64,000 bases of DNA from Myxococcales bacterium (GTDB taxonomy: Bacteria > Myxococcota_A > Polyangia > Polyangiales > Houyiibacteriaceae). Where the stretch lies: positions 234,695 to 298,694 of the forward strand of contig JAOTYL010000003.1 in NCBI GenBank assembly GCA_029861865.1. Direction: 5' to 3'. Below are positions 20,457 through 29,622 of the stretch, one piece after another. The notes below the pieces were generated by a model. The model did not search any database and was not told the DNA's origin. It worked only from the letters and a program-made list of their open reading frames with translations. Every line of letters begins with the position of its first letter. Position 1 is the first letter of the stretch. The translations under genes and the position numbers were made by a program.

Positions 20457-21368
20457 TCAGAACAGGTCGTCGGCGTCGGCCATCAAGATCTTGGCCTTCC
20501 GCTGCTCGCAGGCGTTTTCCGCGGAGATCGCGGGAATGACATTCGGGTCCGTGTTGAGCACATAGGAGAGCTCTTGGTCGAACAGGGCGCGATCGGCTTC
20601 CTTGATGGCCCACTCTTCCGCGATGAAGGTGTGCGTGCCGAGGTAGTTCGGATGCACGGCGATAGAGGCCTGAAAATGTTCCATGCTCTTGGTCATGTCG
20701 CCGCCCGAGAACCCTGGAGCTTTCGCATAGAAGATGCCGAAGTAGCGATCTGGCCCCTGGTACCAATAGCTCGGGTCGTTATCGAGGCAGAACTCCATGA
20801 TGGCGCGCACTTCGTCTTTGTAGGAGAGCAAAGTCGCGAAGCTTTCGAGGGTTGCCCAACGACCTAGGTTCGACGAGCGCCAGTAGAGCGCTGGGACTGC
20901 GGATGCGTCGAGAACCTCGATCGCTTCTTCGATCAGCTCGCCGTTGTTCATCCGTTGCGCAAACGCGGGAGACATCGCCACCAATGCGCGCTCGGCGGCT
21001 CTGGTGCCCTCCTCGTGCGTAGCCTTGTGGAGATCCGCTCGCGACTCATCGAATCGCAGGTGGCAATCGGCGTAGAAAAAGAGCGCGTGCGAAAGGTCGG
21101 TCCAGGCTTCAGCGTTCTTGGGGTTGATCGCAACGGCCTGTTTCCACTTTTCGACGGCGGCCAGCGATTGTGCTTCGTCTCCACGCTTCAACCAAGCGGC
21201 CTTGGCCTCGGCGACCAGCTGCGCTTCCTGCGCCTTAGCCGACTCGTCGAGTACGACGGTTTCGGAGCTGGTCTCCCAAGCTCCTTCACGGGTCGAGCCG
21301 CAGCCTGCCACTACAGCGACCATGCATCCGAAGGCAATCCACTGCCCGAACTTCAGGGAACTCGTCAT
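20457..21368 (-). CDS. TatT-family TPR lipoprotein (TRAP-associated)
   Basis: Lipoprotein signal MTSSLKFGQWIAFGCMVAVVAGC with AGGAGG RBS upstream of ATG 21368; the ORF-track extension to 21590 is rejected. TPR-like helices, and a YWRSSNLGRWA...FYAKAPGFSGGD segment like TatT proteins. Confidence 0.7.
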   Translation of the reverse strand: MTSSLKFGQWIAFGCMVAVVAGCGSTREGAWETSSETVVLDESAKAQEAQLVAEAKAAWLKRGDEAQSLAAVEKWKQAVAINPKNAEAWTDLSHALFFYADCHLRFDESRADLHKATHEEGTRAAERALVAMSPAFAQRMNNGELIEEAIEVLDASAVPALYWRSSNLGRWATLESFATLLSYKDEVRAIMEFCLDNDPSYWYQGPDRYFGIFYAKAPGFSGGDMTKSMEHFQASIAVHPNYLGTHTFIAEEWAIKEADRALFDQELSYVLNTDPNVIPAISAENACEQRKAKILMADADDLF

Positions 21369-21528
21369 CGCTTTCCTCCTGCTTCCCCACCGATTCGGCA
21401 GGGGTAAAGGGGGGCATAGCAAGATGTGTTTCATGGTGTCAACGACAGGTAGACCTGCGGCCCTCGGTTTGCTTGCGGGCCCGAGGGGCGTGTGGTACCT
21501 GCGCAGCTGAAATTTTGGTTTGCCTGAC

Positions 21529-21558
21529 TGGGTGGGCCGTCCTGGCCCGCCCATTTTT
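21529..21558 (+). terminator. intrinsic-terminator-like hairpin in the rimP-nusA leader (candidate attenuator)
   Basis: TGGGTGGGCC-GTCCT-GGCCCGCCCA (10 bp, one G-U) followed by TTTTT. It lies 24 nt upstream of the rimP start. The T-run is present only in the + orientation, and no + strand gene lies upstream. Confidence 0.55.
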
Positions 21559-21581
21559 CGTTCAGGCGGCCTTGGAAGCAA

Positions 21582-22082
21582 TTGACCCACGCATCCGAAC
21601 AGTTAGCAAAGACGCTCGCCGAGCTGATCGACCCCATTTGCCGCGCGCACGGGGTGGAGCTAGTCGAGGTGCGCCATCAGCGTGAGCGGGGCGGTGCGGT
21701 GATTCGGGTCATCATCGACAGGGACCAACCGGGCCAAGAGGATGGAAGTGGCGTGTCGCTGGACGATTGCACTCGGGTCAGCCGAGATGTGTCGACTGCA
21801 CTCGATGTCCACGAAGACGTCCTTCCTTTGGGAGTTTATCGACTCGAGGTCAGCTCGCCGGGGCTCGAACGCCCGCTGATCAAGCTTGCCGACTTCGAGC
21901 GTTTCTCGGGTCGCGAGATCAAGCTGCGGACAAGAACCGCAATCGAACGGCAGCGCCGTTTCCACGGCAAGCTGCTCGGCGTCGTCGACCGGGCCATCGA
22001 GCTCGATCAAGATGGCACCGTTCTCCTCATTCCGCACGACGATATCGCACAAGCGAATCTCGTGTATCGATTCTCAAAATAG
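21582..22082 (+). CDS. rimP: ribosome maturation factor RimP
   Basis: LIDPICRAHGVELVEV and LEVSSPGLERPL motifs. TTG start. Confidence 0.88.
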   Translation: MTHASEQLAKTLAELIDPICRAHGVELVEVRHQRERGGAVIRVIIDRDQPGQEDGSGVSLDDCTRVSRDVSTALDVHEDVLPLGVYRLEVSSPGLERPLIKLADFERFSGREIKLRTRTAIERQRRFHGKLLGVVDRAIELDQDGTVLLIPHDDIAQANLVYRFSK

Positions 22083-22090
22083 GTGAGTAG

Positions 22091-23899
22091 ATGTCTACGC
22101 AACAAAGCACGCTCTCCCTTCAGCATGTGATCGAACAGGTCAGCCAGGAAAAGGGCATCGATGCAAAAATTCTGGTCGAAGCCACCGAGCAAGCGATTCT
22201 GACCGCGGCAAAGCGAACCTTCGGGCCGGAGCGTGAGCTCGAAGCGCGGTTCAACGACGAGACGGGGGCGGTTGATCTTTTCCAGTACATGACCGTGGTG
22301 ATGGCCGTCGAAAACAGTGAGCAGGAGATTTCGGTCGACGAGGCGGTGACCCATGGACTCGAAGCCGAAGTGGGCGAAGAGCTCGGATTCCAGATCTTCT
22401 ACCTCCCAGAAGACCGCGATAAGGCCAAGGAGCAGGACAAACAATTCGGTGAGCTTTTGAGCCTCGAACAGAGCCGGCGCCGGTTCGGCAGGATCGCCGC
22501 ACAGACGGCAAAGCAGGTGATCATCCAACGCGTCCGCGATGCTGAACGTGAGCGGGTCTATGCGGAGTACAAGAACCGCAAGGGCGAGATCATTACCGGC
22601 GTGGTTCGCCGTTTCGAGCGCGGCTCAAACATCATCGTTGACCTCGGGCGCGGTGTCGAAGCTGTCTTGCCCCCGCGCGAGCAGACGCCAAGAGAGAGTT
22701 ATCGCCCGGGCGACCGCATCGTGGCTTTCCTCAAAGACATCGATCGCGAGGCCCGTGGCCCACAGATCATCCTTTCACGAACCGACGTCGGGCTCTTGGT
22801 GAAGCTCTTCGAGATGGAGGTTCCCGAGATCTACGAAGGCATTGTGCGTATCGTTGCGGCCGCTCGCGAGCCTGGCGCTCGTTCCAAGATCGCCGTCAGC
22901 AGTCGTGATTCGGACGTCGATCCGGTCGGCGCGTGCGTCGGAATGAAGGGCTCACGCGTTCAGGCCGTCGTGCAGGAGCTTCGGGGCGAAAAGATCGACA
23001 TCGTCCCTTGGGATCGCGATCCGGCGCGCTTCGTGTGTAATGCGATCGCGCCGGCGGAGGTCGTCCGCGTGGTCATCGACGAGGCCAACTCCAACATGGA
23101 GCTCGTCGTGCCCGACCCCAAGCTTTCGCTCGCGATCGGACGACGCGGCCAGAACGTACGGTTGGCTTCGCAGCTGACCGGCTGGCGTCTGGATATCGTG
23201 AGCGAGTCCCGCTTCAAGCAGATCGAGGAAGAAGCGATGGCAGCGCTCTCGCGACTCAGCGCAGATGAGGAAGTCTCTCACTCTTTGTATCGCATGGGCT
23301 TCCGTAGCCTGGACGAGGTGGTAGAGGCGAGCGAGAACGAGCTCGCTTCCGTGCCCGGGGTTTCGGCCGAACAGGTCGCTACCCTGCGGACCGATGCCGC
23401 AAAGGCCATGGAGGACCTCCGGAAAGAGCGCTTGGCCGCGACGGCCGAGCTCACGGAGGCCCCGAGCGAACGCGACAAGCTTCTGCTCGTCCGAGGGGTC
23501 AATGGCCGAGTCGCCGACCAGCTCGAGCAGAGCGGCTACGCGTCGGTCGAGGCAGTCGCGTCCGAAGAGGATACCGATCGCTTGGCCATCAAGACAGGGC
23601 TCGGCGCGCAGAAGGCACAAGCTCTCAAGGCAGCAGTGGCGGAGTTCGTGGCGAATGAGTGGCCGCCGGTAGAGGTCAGGCTTGCCGAGAGCATCGAGAA
23701 AGCCCAGGCAGAAGCGGCCAGGTTGGAGGCCGAAGCGAAGGCAGCCGCAGAGGCTGAAGCAGCCGCGGCGGCGGAAGCGGCTGAGCAGGCCGAGGAGACG
23801 GCCGAGGCGGCGGAGACTGCGCTCACCCCGGAGCTCGAAGACGAGGCCGCCTCTTCCGGCGAGTCTTCTGGGGAAGAGTCGGAGGACAAGCAGGGGTAA
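22091..23899 (+). CDS. nusA: transcription termination/antitermination factor NusA
   Basis: S1 region [24 protein letters not shown] regions [26 protein letters not shown] and [22 protein letters not shown]. Two HhH-like repeats and an Ala/Glu-rich acidic tail. Confidence 0.95.
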   Translation: MSTQQSTLSLQHVIEQVSQEKGIDAKILVEATEQAILTAAKRTFGPERELEARFNDETGAVDLFQYMTVVMAVENSEQEISVDEAVTHGLEAEVGEELGFQIFYLPEDRDKAKEQDKQFGELLSLEQSRRRFGRIAAQTAKQVIIQRVRDAERERVYAEYKNRKGEIITGVVRRFERGSNIIVDLGRGVEAVLPPREQTPRESYRPGDRIVAFLKDIDREARGPQIILSRTDVGLLVKLFEMEVPEIYEGIVRIVAAAREPGARSKIAVSSRDSDVDPVGACVGMKGSRVQAVVQELRGEKIDIVPWDRDPARFVCNAIAPAEVVRVVIDEANSNMELVVPDPKLSLAIGRRGQNVRLASQLTGWRLDIVSESRFKQIEEEAMAALSRLSADEEVSHSLYRMGFRSLDEVVEASENELASVPGVSAEQVATLRTDAAKAMEDLRKERLAATAELTEAPSERDKLLLVRGVNGRVADQLEQSGYASVEAVASEEDTDRLAIKTGLGAQKAQALKAAVAEFVANEWPPVEVRLAESIEKAQAEAARLEAEAKAAAEAEAAAAAEAAEQAEETAEAAETALTPELEDEAASSGESSGEESEDKQG

Positions 23900-23905
23900 C
23901 GTTCG

Positions 23906-24514
23906 ATGTTGGGCGTCATGGGAGAGAAGGAGCGAGACAGGACATCGCAGCGCATGTGCGTCGGCTGCGGCAATCGTGCCGAGCGAGATGAACTGGTGCG
24001 TCTGGTGGTTGGTCCTTCGGCACCCTTCGTGGCGGTCGATCTCGGCCGTCGGCTTGGCGGCCGCGGGGTCTCGGTGCACCTGCGCCGGCGTTGTGTCCAT
24101 GAAGCGCTCAGGCGTGGCGCGCTGGCACGGGCGCTTCGAGGCGTGGCGGAGGTCGAGCCCGAGAGCGTTGAGCGGATGATCGACGAGCAGCTCACCCAGC
24201 GCGTGCGGGGGCTGCTGAGCTCGGCGCTACGCATCCGCCGCATTGCACTAGGGACCGAGGCGGTCCGAGCGGAGCTCGTGGCGACTCGAGGGGACCTCCT
24301 AGTGGTCGCGGAGGACGCTCGGGGCCGCGCCACGGAGTTGACCAAGTTGGCGACCTCGATCGGTTGCGCGACGGCGACTTGGGGGACAAAGGCGAGCTTG
24401 GGAGAAGCCTTCTTGCGCCAGGAGCTCGGTGTTTTCCTCGTGACCGACAGAGGCATCGCGAGGGCGATTCTGGAGTGCCTGACTCAAATCGAGGCACTAT
24501 CGGAGGATGAATGA
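23906..24514 (+). CDS. ylxR: YlxR (DUF448) RNA-binding protein fused to an L7Ae/YlxQ-like domain
   Basis: N-terminal RMCVGCGNRAERDELVRLV...GRGVSVH. C-terminal half IALGTEAVRAELVATRGDLLVVAEDA...LGEAF resembles L7Ae-family YlxQ. Confidence 0.8.
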   Translation: MLGVMGEKERDRTSQRMCVGCGNRAERDELVRLVVGPSAPFVAVDLGRRLGGRGVSVHLRRRCVHEALRRGALARALRGVAEVEPESVERMIDEQLTQRVRGLLSSALRIRRIALGTEAVRAELVATRGDLLVVAEDARGRATELTKLATSIGCATATWGTKASLGEAFLRQELGVFLVTDRGIARAILECLTQIEALSEDE

Positions 24515-27009
24515 GTAAGGTTCGAGTCTACGAGGTCGCGCGGGAGCTGGGGGTCGAAAATCGCGCCCTGATCCAGCGCATGGCGACCCTGGGGATTCAG
24601 GTGCGCAACCACATGAGCGTGCTCGATCCCGCCGAGGTGGACCGCGTCAAGCGTGCGCTCGACAAGGATCGAAGCGAGACCTTGGTTGAGGAGCGCATTC
24701 GACCGACCGTCGTCCGCCGCAAGCGCCGCAAGAAGGCGGAGCCCAAAGCGGCTGTAGGCGAGCCGGCCGAAGCCACGCAGGCTCCCAGTGTCGAGCCTCC
24801 CGCTCTCGCCGAGGCCGCCGCGCCCGCATCGATGTCGGAGCCGCCACCTGTCGAAACCCCAGCCACTGCCGAGCCGGTTTCGCCGACCCCCCCCGAGCCC
24901 GAACCCAAGCGTAAGAAACGCGCCCCCGAGCCCCCACCTGCGGAGGCACAGCTCCAACCCGAAGAGGAACAGGGGCGGTTCGCTCACGACCCGCTCCCGC
25001 CGGGGGTGATGCGACGCGGCAAAGCCAAAGCACCCGGCGCGGCCCCGTTGTCGGAAGGCGCCCGGCGTCGCATCGTCGCCGAACATGCGGCACAAAGGGA
25101 GCAGCAGGCGCCCCGGCGCCGCGAGATTCGAGGGCGGTCCTCGATCGGACCCACCGGCCGTCCTCAGGGCCGCCCTGGAAAGAAGCGCCTTCAGCCGGGC
25201 AAGAAGCCTAAACAGACCGAGATCACGGTTCCAAGCGCGCAAAAGCGCGTCATCCGCATCGACGACAACATCCAGCTCCAGACTCTGGCGCAGCGCATGA
25301 GCCTGAAGGCGACCGACGTCTTGATGAGGTTGATGGAGCTCGGCGTATCCGGGGTGCACATCAACAGCACGCTCGATGCCGACACCGCGTCGGTCCTTGC
25401 AAGCGAGTTCAACTACGAGGTCGAGAACGTCGCGCGAAGTGAAGACGAGATCGTCGGCGATGCCCGGGGCGAGTTCGAGGACTTGGCGACCGATCGTCAG
25501 CATCGGCCGCCCGTCGTGACCGTCATGGGCCACGTCGACCACGGCAAGACGTCGTTGTTGGACAAGATCCGCGAGAGCGACGTGGTAGGCGGCGAAGCTG
25601 GGGGGATCACCCAGCACATCGGCGCCTACCGTGTCGATACGAATCAGGGCACGGTCGTTTTCCTCGACACTCCCGGTCACGAAGCCTTCACGGCGATGCG
25701 CGCCCGCGGGGCTCAAGCCACCGACATCGTCATTTTGGTCGTCGCCGCAGACGACGGCGTGATGCCTCAGACCAAAGAAGCGGTAAACCACGCGCGAGCA
25801 GCCGAGGTGCCCATCGTCGTCGCCATCAACAAGATCGACAAGCCCGAGGCAAACGCGGACAAAGTCAAGAACGAGCTCGCGGCTCTTGGGCTTCAGCCCG
25901 AAGACTGGGGCGGGGACACCATCTACATCCCGTGCTCGGCGATCACCGGGGAAGGAATCGACTCCCTGCTCGAGAACGTCTTGTTGCAGGCCGAGCTCCT
26001 TGAGCTCAACGCCAACTCGAGCATTCCCGCCCAGGGCGTCGTGCTGGAGGCATACCTCGATCGAGGCAGAGGTCCGGTCGCTAACGTGTTGATTCGAGAC
26101 GGGGCTTTGGATACTGGCGACTATGTCGTTGCCGGCGGTTCCTGGGGTCGTGTCCGTGCGATGACCGACGATCGCGGAAAGCAGCTAAGCCAAGCTGGGC
26201 CGGCGACCCCTGTGGAGGTGTTGGGCTTGGCGGAGCTTCCTGCGGCCGGCGACCTCTTCTACGAGGTCACCGATCAACGCCGCGCGCAAGAGGTGGCGGG
26301 GGCGCGCAAGAAGCCGGGAGCGCCCGGCACGGCGCCTCTTACCGGCCCTCGTGGTCTCGACCAGTTGCAGGCCCTCATGCAGACCGGGGATGTCCAGGAG
26401 CTTCGGCTCGTGGTCAAAGCCGACGTTCAAGGCTCGGTCGAAGCCCTTCAGGGGGCGCTTTCGGACCTCGGTACCGAACAGGTGAAGGTCAACGTCATCC
26501 ACACCGGCGTCGGCGGCATCACCGAAAATGACGTCATGTTGGCGAGCGCTTCGCAGGCCATCGTCCTTGGCTTCAACGTGCGTCCGCAGGGCAAGGCCTC
26601 GTCGACCTCGAAGAAGGAGGGCGTCGAGATTCGCACGTACAACGTGATCTACGAGGCGATCGACGACGTGAAGGCCGCCATGACGGGCCTCCTCGCGCCG
26701 AAGGTCGTGCAAGCGGACCTCGGCAAGGCAGAGGTCCGACAGACTTTCGGAATCCCGAAGATCGGCACGATAGCGGGTTGTATGGTTCTCGAAGGGAAGA
26801 TCAACCGTGGCGCCCGCGCGCGATTGGTGCGCGACGGGATCGTGGTGTGGGAGGGGCCGATGGGCTCGCTTCGCCGCTTCAAGGAAGACGTGAAAGAAGT
26901 CCAGGCCGGCATGGAGTGTGGCATCGGGCTTCAGGGCTTCAATGATGTCAAAGAGAAAGACGTCATCGAGTGCTACGAAGAGAAACAGGTCGAGGCCACG
27001 CTCGAATAA
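24511..27009 (+). CDS. infB: translation initiation factor IF-2
   Basis: G-domain motifs [20 protein letters not shown] and NKID. Pro/Ala-rich N-terminal region. ATGA overlap with ylxR. Confidence 0.97.
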   Translation: MSKVRVYEVARELGVENRALIQRMATLGIQVRNHMSVLDPAEVDRVKRALDKDRSETLVEERIRPTVVRRKRRKKAEPKAAVGEPAEATQAPSVEPPALAEAAAPASMSEPPPVETPATAEPVSPTPPEPEPKRKKRAPEPPPAEAQLQPEEEQGRFAHDPLPPGVMRRGKAKAPGAAPLSEGARRRIVAEHAAQREQQAPRRREIRGRSSIGPTGRPQGRPGKKRLQPGKKPKQTEITVPSAQKRVIRIDDNIQLQTLAQRMSLKATDVLMRLMELGVSGVHINSTLDADTASVLASEFNYEVENVARSEDEIVGDARGEFEDLATDRQHRPPVVTVMGHVDHGKTSLLDKIRESDVVGGEAGGITQHIGAYRVDTNQGTVVFLDTPGHEAFTAMRARGAQATDIVILVVAADDGVMPQTKEAVNHARAAEVPIVVAINKIDKPEANADKVKNELAALGLQPEDWGGDTIYIPCSAITGEGIDSLLENVLLQAELLELNANSSIPAQGVVLEAYLDRGRGPVANVLIRDGALDTGDYVVAGGSWGRVRAMTDDRGKQLSQAGPATPVEVLGLAELPAAGDLFYEVTDQRRAQEVAGARKKPGAPGTAPLTGPRGLDQLQALMQTGDVQELRLVVKADVQGSVEALQGALSDLGTEQVKVNVIHTGVGGITENDVMLASASQAIVLGFNVRPQGKASSTSKKEGVEIRTYNVIYEAIDDVKAAMTGLLAPKVVQADLGKAEVRQTFGIPKIGTIAGCMVLEGKINRGARARLVRDGIVVWEGPMGSLRRFKEDVKEVQAGMECGIGLQGFNDVKEKDVIECYEEKQVEATLE

Positions 27010-27029
27010 GCCGAGCGACGAGGTTTCGA

Positions 27030-27341
27030 ATGGTTGTGGGCGTTTGCCAAATCTCGCTTTCGTTACCAGGGGTCAACTCGTTGAAGGCCAAGCGGTCGAT
27101 CGTCCGCAGGGTTCTCGATCGGACCGTCAATCGGTTCAACGTAGCTGCGGCCGAAATCGGGCAACAGGACGCGCATCGAACAGCCGTGCTCGGCTTTGCG
27201 GTCGTTTCGGGCGACCGACGGCATGCCAATTCCATGCTCGATTCGATCGCATCTTTCGTCGAAGGCGCCGGCGAAGCGGTGGTAGTCGACCGGTCGACCG
27301 AGCTCTTGTCGGTGGGCGAGCTCGGGGGGTGGGTGGACTGA
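27030..27341 (+). CDS. DUF503 (YlxP-like) protein
   Basis: MVVGVCQISLSLPGVNSLKAKRSIVRRVLDR...VLGFAVVSGD is typical of DUF503. I chose ATG 27030 rather than the ORF-track start at 26970, which overlaps infB. Confidence 0.8.
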   Translation: MVVGVCQISLSLPGVNSLKAKRSIVRRVLDRTVNRFNVAAAEIGQQDAHRTAVLGFAVVSGDRRHANSMLDSIASFVEGAGEAVVVDRSTELLSVGELGGWVD

Positions 27342-27736
27342 TGGCGCAGAACAAAGGCTTTCGCAGGGCGGACCGCGTGGCGGAACGGCTCCGGAGTGAG
27401 CTCATGGACCTGTTGCTCCGTGGGAGCGTGCGGGACCCGGCTGCCAGTAACGTGGTCGTGTCGGCGGTGCGCATGACCGACGACCTGAGCATTGCACGCG
27501 TGTATGTCCGGGTCCTCGAAGAGATCGACGCCGACCGTCAAGAGCAGGTGGTAGACGCGCTCGAGCGTGCAAGAGGCTTTCTTCGTCGAGAGCTCGGCCA
27601 ACGCCTTCAGCTCCGGCATGTCCCCTCCCTCGAGTTCTATTGGGACGACGTGGTCGACTCGGCGCTCCGCATCGAGTCGATCCTCGACGAAATTCGCGAG
27701 AAGCCGGAGTCGGCGGGACCGGAGGGTTCGAAATGA
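27341..27736 (+). CDS. rbfA: ribosome-binding factor A
   Basis: RADRVAERLRSELMDLL, ARVYVRVL and LEFYWDD. TGATG overlap with DUF503. Confidence 0.9.
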   Translation: MAQNKGFRRADRVAERLRSELMDLLLRGSVRDPAASNVVVSAVRMTDDLSIARVYVRVLEEIDADRQEQVVDALERARGFLRRELGQRLQLRHVPSLEFYWDDVVDSALRIESILDEIREKPESAGPEGSK

Positions 27737-28713
27737 TCGAGCGCGCGGTCCAAATCGCGAAAGAGGGCAAGCGATTCCTGGTCGCCTGCCACCGGCGGCC
27801 CGATGCCGACTCTCTTGGCTCGGCGCTTGGTTTGATCGCGATGCTGCGAGCCACGGGAAAAGAGGCAACGCTGTTCATGTCGGAATCGATCCCAGAGTCG
27901 CTTCAGTTCCTGGTGGAGAACGAAAAAGGGGTGGGGTCGTTCGACGAGGGCGTTCGCTTCGACGCGACATGGATCATGGACATTGCGGCCAAGAAGCTCC
28001 TGCCTCCCAATCTTCCTGGGCCAAAGGTCACCGGGCCGCTCATCGTGGTCGACCATCACCATGCCCATGACGACGTGGGAGACATCGTCGTGCGGGATAC
28101 GGGCGCCGCCGCGACCGGAGAGGTAGTGATGAATCTGATGGAAGCCGTCGGAGTGACCGAGCTTCCGAAGGGGGCAGCTACGCCCTTGTACGCAGCCATC
28201 GTGTCGGACACCGGCGGCTTTCGGTATGCGTCGACCCGACCGGACACGCTCCGCCTCGGGGCCAGACTGATCGAGAACGGCGCAGACCCATGGCGTGTCG
28301 CCTACCAGTTATTCGAGCGTTGGGAGCCAGCGCGCTTGAAGCTTTTGGCCGAGATCATCTCCACGTTGCAGATGGCGTTCGACGGACGCGCCGCGATCAT
28401 GCGGGTCACGCGAAAGATGCTAGCGGACTGTGGGGCTAATGACGACATGGTCGAGGGCATGGTGAACTACGCCCGTCGCGTCGAAGGCGCTGAGATCGGC
28501 GCGCTCCTGTGGGAGTGGCCGGTCCTCGAGGACGGGAGCAATCACCTCGAGACCAAAATCAGCCTTCGGTCGAGTGGGAAGGCCGACGTCTCATCGATCG
28601 CACAAGCGCTAAACGGGGGCGGGCATCGGGCTGCGGCCGCGACCCAGCTCGACATCACGATCGACGAGGCCGATGAGCGTCTGCGGGCCGAGCTCGCAAA
28701 GTACTTTGGATGA
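27733..28713 (+). CDS. nrnA: DHH-family phosphoesterase (NrnA-like oligoribonuclease/pAp phosphatase)
   Basis: DHH motifs HRRPDADSLGS, VVDHHH and DTGGFRY, and DHHA1 motif GGGHRAAA. ATGA overlap with rbfA. Confidence 0.8.
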   Translation: MIERAVQIAKEGKRFLVACHRRPDADSLGSALGLIAMLRATGKEATLFMSESIPESLQFLVENEKGVGSFDEGVRFDATWIMDIAAKKLLPPNLPGPKVTGPLIVVDHHHAHDDVGDIVVRDTGAAATGEVVMNLMEAVGVTELPKGAATPLYAAIVSDTGGFRYASTRPDTLRLGARLIENGADPWRVAYQLFERWEPARLKLLAEIISTLQMAFDGRAAIMRVTRKMLADCGANDDMVEGMVNYARRVEGAEIGALLWEWPVLEDGSNHLETKISLRSSGKADVSSIAQALNGGGHRAAAATQLDITIDEADERLRAELAKYFG

Positions 28714-29603
28714 ATGGCATCCTCGTCGTCGACAAGCCCGCAGGGTGTACTTCACACGACGTCGTCCAGCAGGTGCGCAAGGCGATCCAGCAGCGTTCGG
28801 TAGGGCATGCCGGAACGTTGGACCCATTGGCGACTGGGGTATTGGTGGTCGCCATCGGCGAGGGCACCAAGCTCGTTCCCTATCTGCAGTCCGAGGACAA
28901 GCGATATGAGGTGAGCATCGCGCTCGGGGCGGAAACGGATTCGCTCGATGCCGATGGGGCTGTGACCGAGCGTGCCGAGGTCCCGTTGCTCGACCGGCAG
29001 AGAGTGCTCGAGACACTGGCGCAGTTCGTCGGGAAACACCCGCAAGTGGCACCAAAGCTGAGCGCGATCAAGGTTCGGGGGACACCGCTTCATCGCCGAG
29101 CACGTCGCGGGGAAGACGTGGTGGCGCCGACACGGGAGGTAGTGCTCCTCGAAGCAAGTGTCGAGGACGTTGGACGGGAAGAGCTCCGATTGAAGGTCCA
29201 TTGCGGCAAGGGGTTCTACGTGCGCTCGCTCGCACGGGATCTAGCGCGGGCACTCGGTACGGTCGGTCACGTGAGTAGGCTGAGACGCACCGCCAGCGGC
29301 TCCTTCGATCTCGGTCAGGCCCTCGAGGGCCATGCGATCACGGCCGAGGCGGTTGAAAGCCATCTGATCCCTGTGTCCGAGGCATGCGGAGCGCTCACCC
29401 GTGTCGATCTTCAGGAAACCGGAGTGGAGCAAGCACGGCATGGCCGACGCATTGCGGCCCAAGACATTTCCGGCGATGCCTGGCGCGAAAGTGCGACCGA
29501 CCAGACTCTCGCGCTGTTTGGGCCGGACGGCGAGGTAGTCGCGCTCGGCCGCCGGCAAGACGATGGTGTTCGGGTCGTCCGGGGATTCGTTCGCCATACC
29601 TAG
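28710..29603 (+). CDS. truB: tRNA pseudouridine(55) synthase
   Basis: GILVVDKPAGCTSHDVV and GHAGTLDPLATGVL (catalytic Asp). Confidence 0.93.
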   Translation: MNGILVVDKPAGCTSHDVVQQVRKAIQQRSVGHAGTLDPLATGVLVVAIGEGTKLVPYLQSEDKRYEVSIALGAETDSLDADGAVTERAEVPLLDRQRVLETLAQFVGKHPQVAPKLSAIKVRGTPLHRRARRGEDVVAPTREVVLLEASVEDVGREELRLKVHCGKGFYVRSLARDLARALGTVGHVSRLRRTASGSFDLGQALEGHAITAEAVESHLIPVSEACGALTRVDLQETGVEQARHGRRIAAQDISGDAWRESATDQTLALFGPDGEVVALGRRQDDGVRVVRGFVRHT

Positions 29604-29622
29604 TTTGTGGTAGGTCCTCAGG

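Noticed and set aside
21369-21590. N-terminal 74-aa extension of the TatT-like ORF (ORF-track start 21590).
   Set aside because: The extension is Pro/Arg/Gly-rich and would overlap the rimP start and leader. A lipoprotein signal peptide with an AGGAGG RBS begins at ATG 21368.
23690-23899. GCN/GAR-rich low-complexity DNA at the 3' end of nusA considered as a repeat element.
   Set aside because: It encodes a continuous Ala/Glu-rich acidic tail in the nusA frame and has no defined repeat unit or boundaries.
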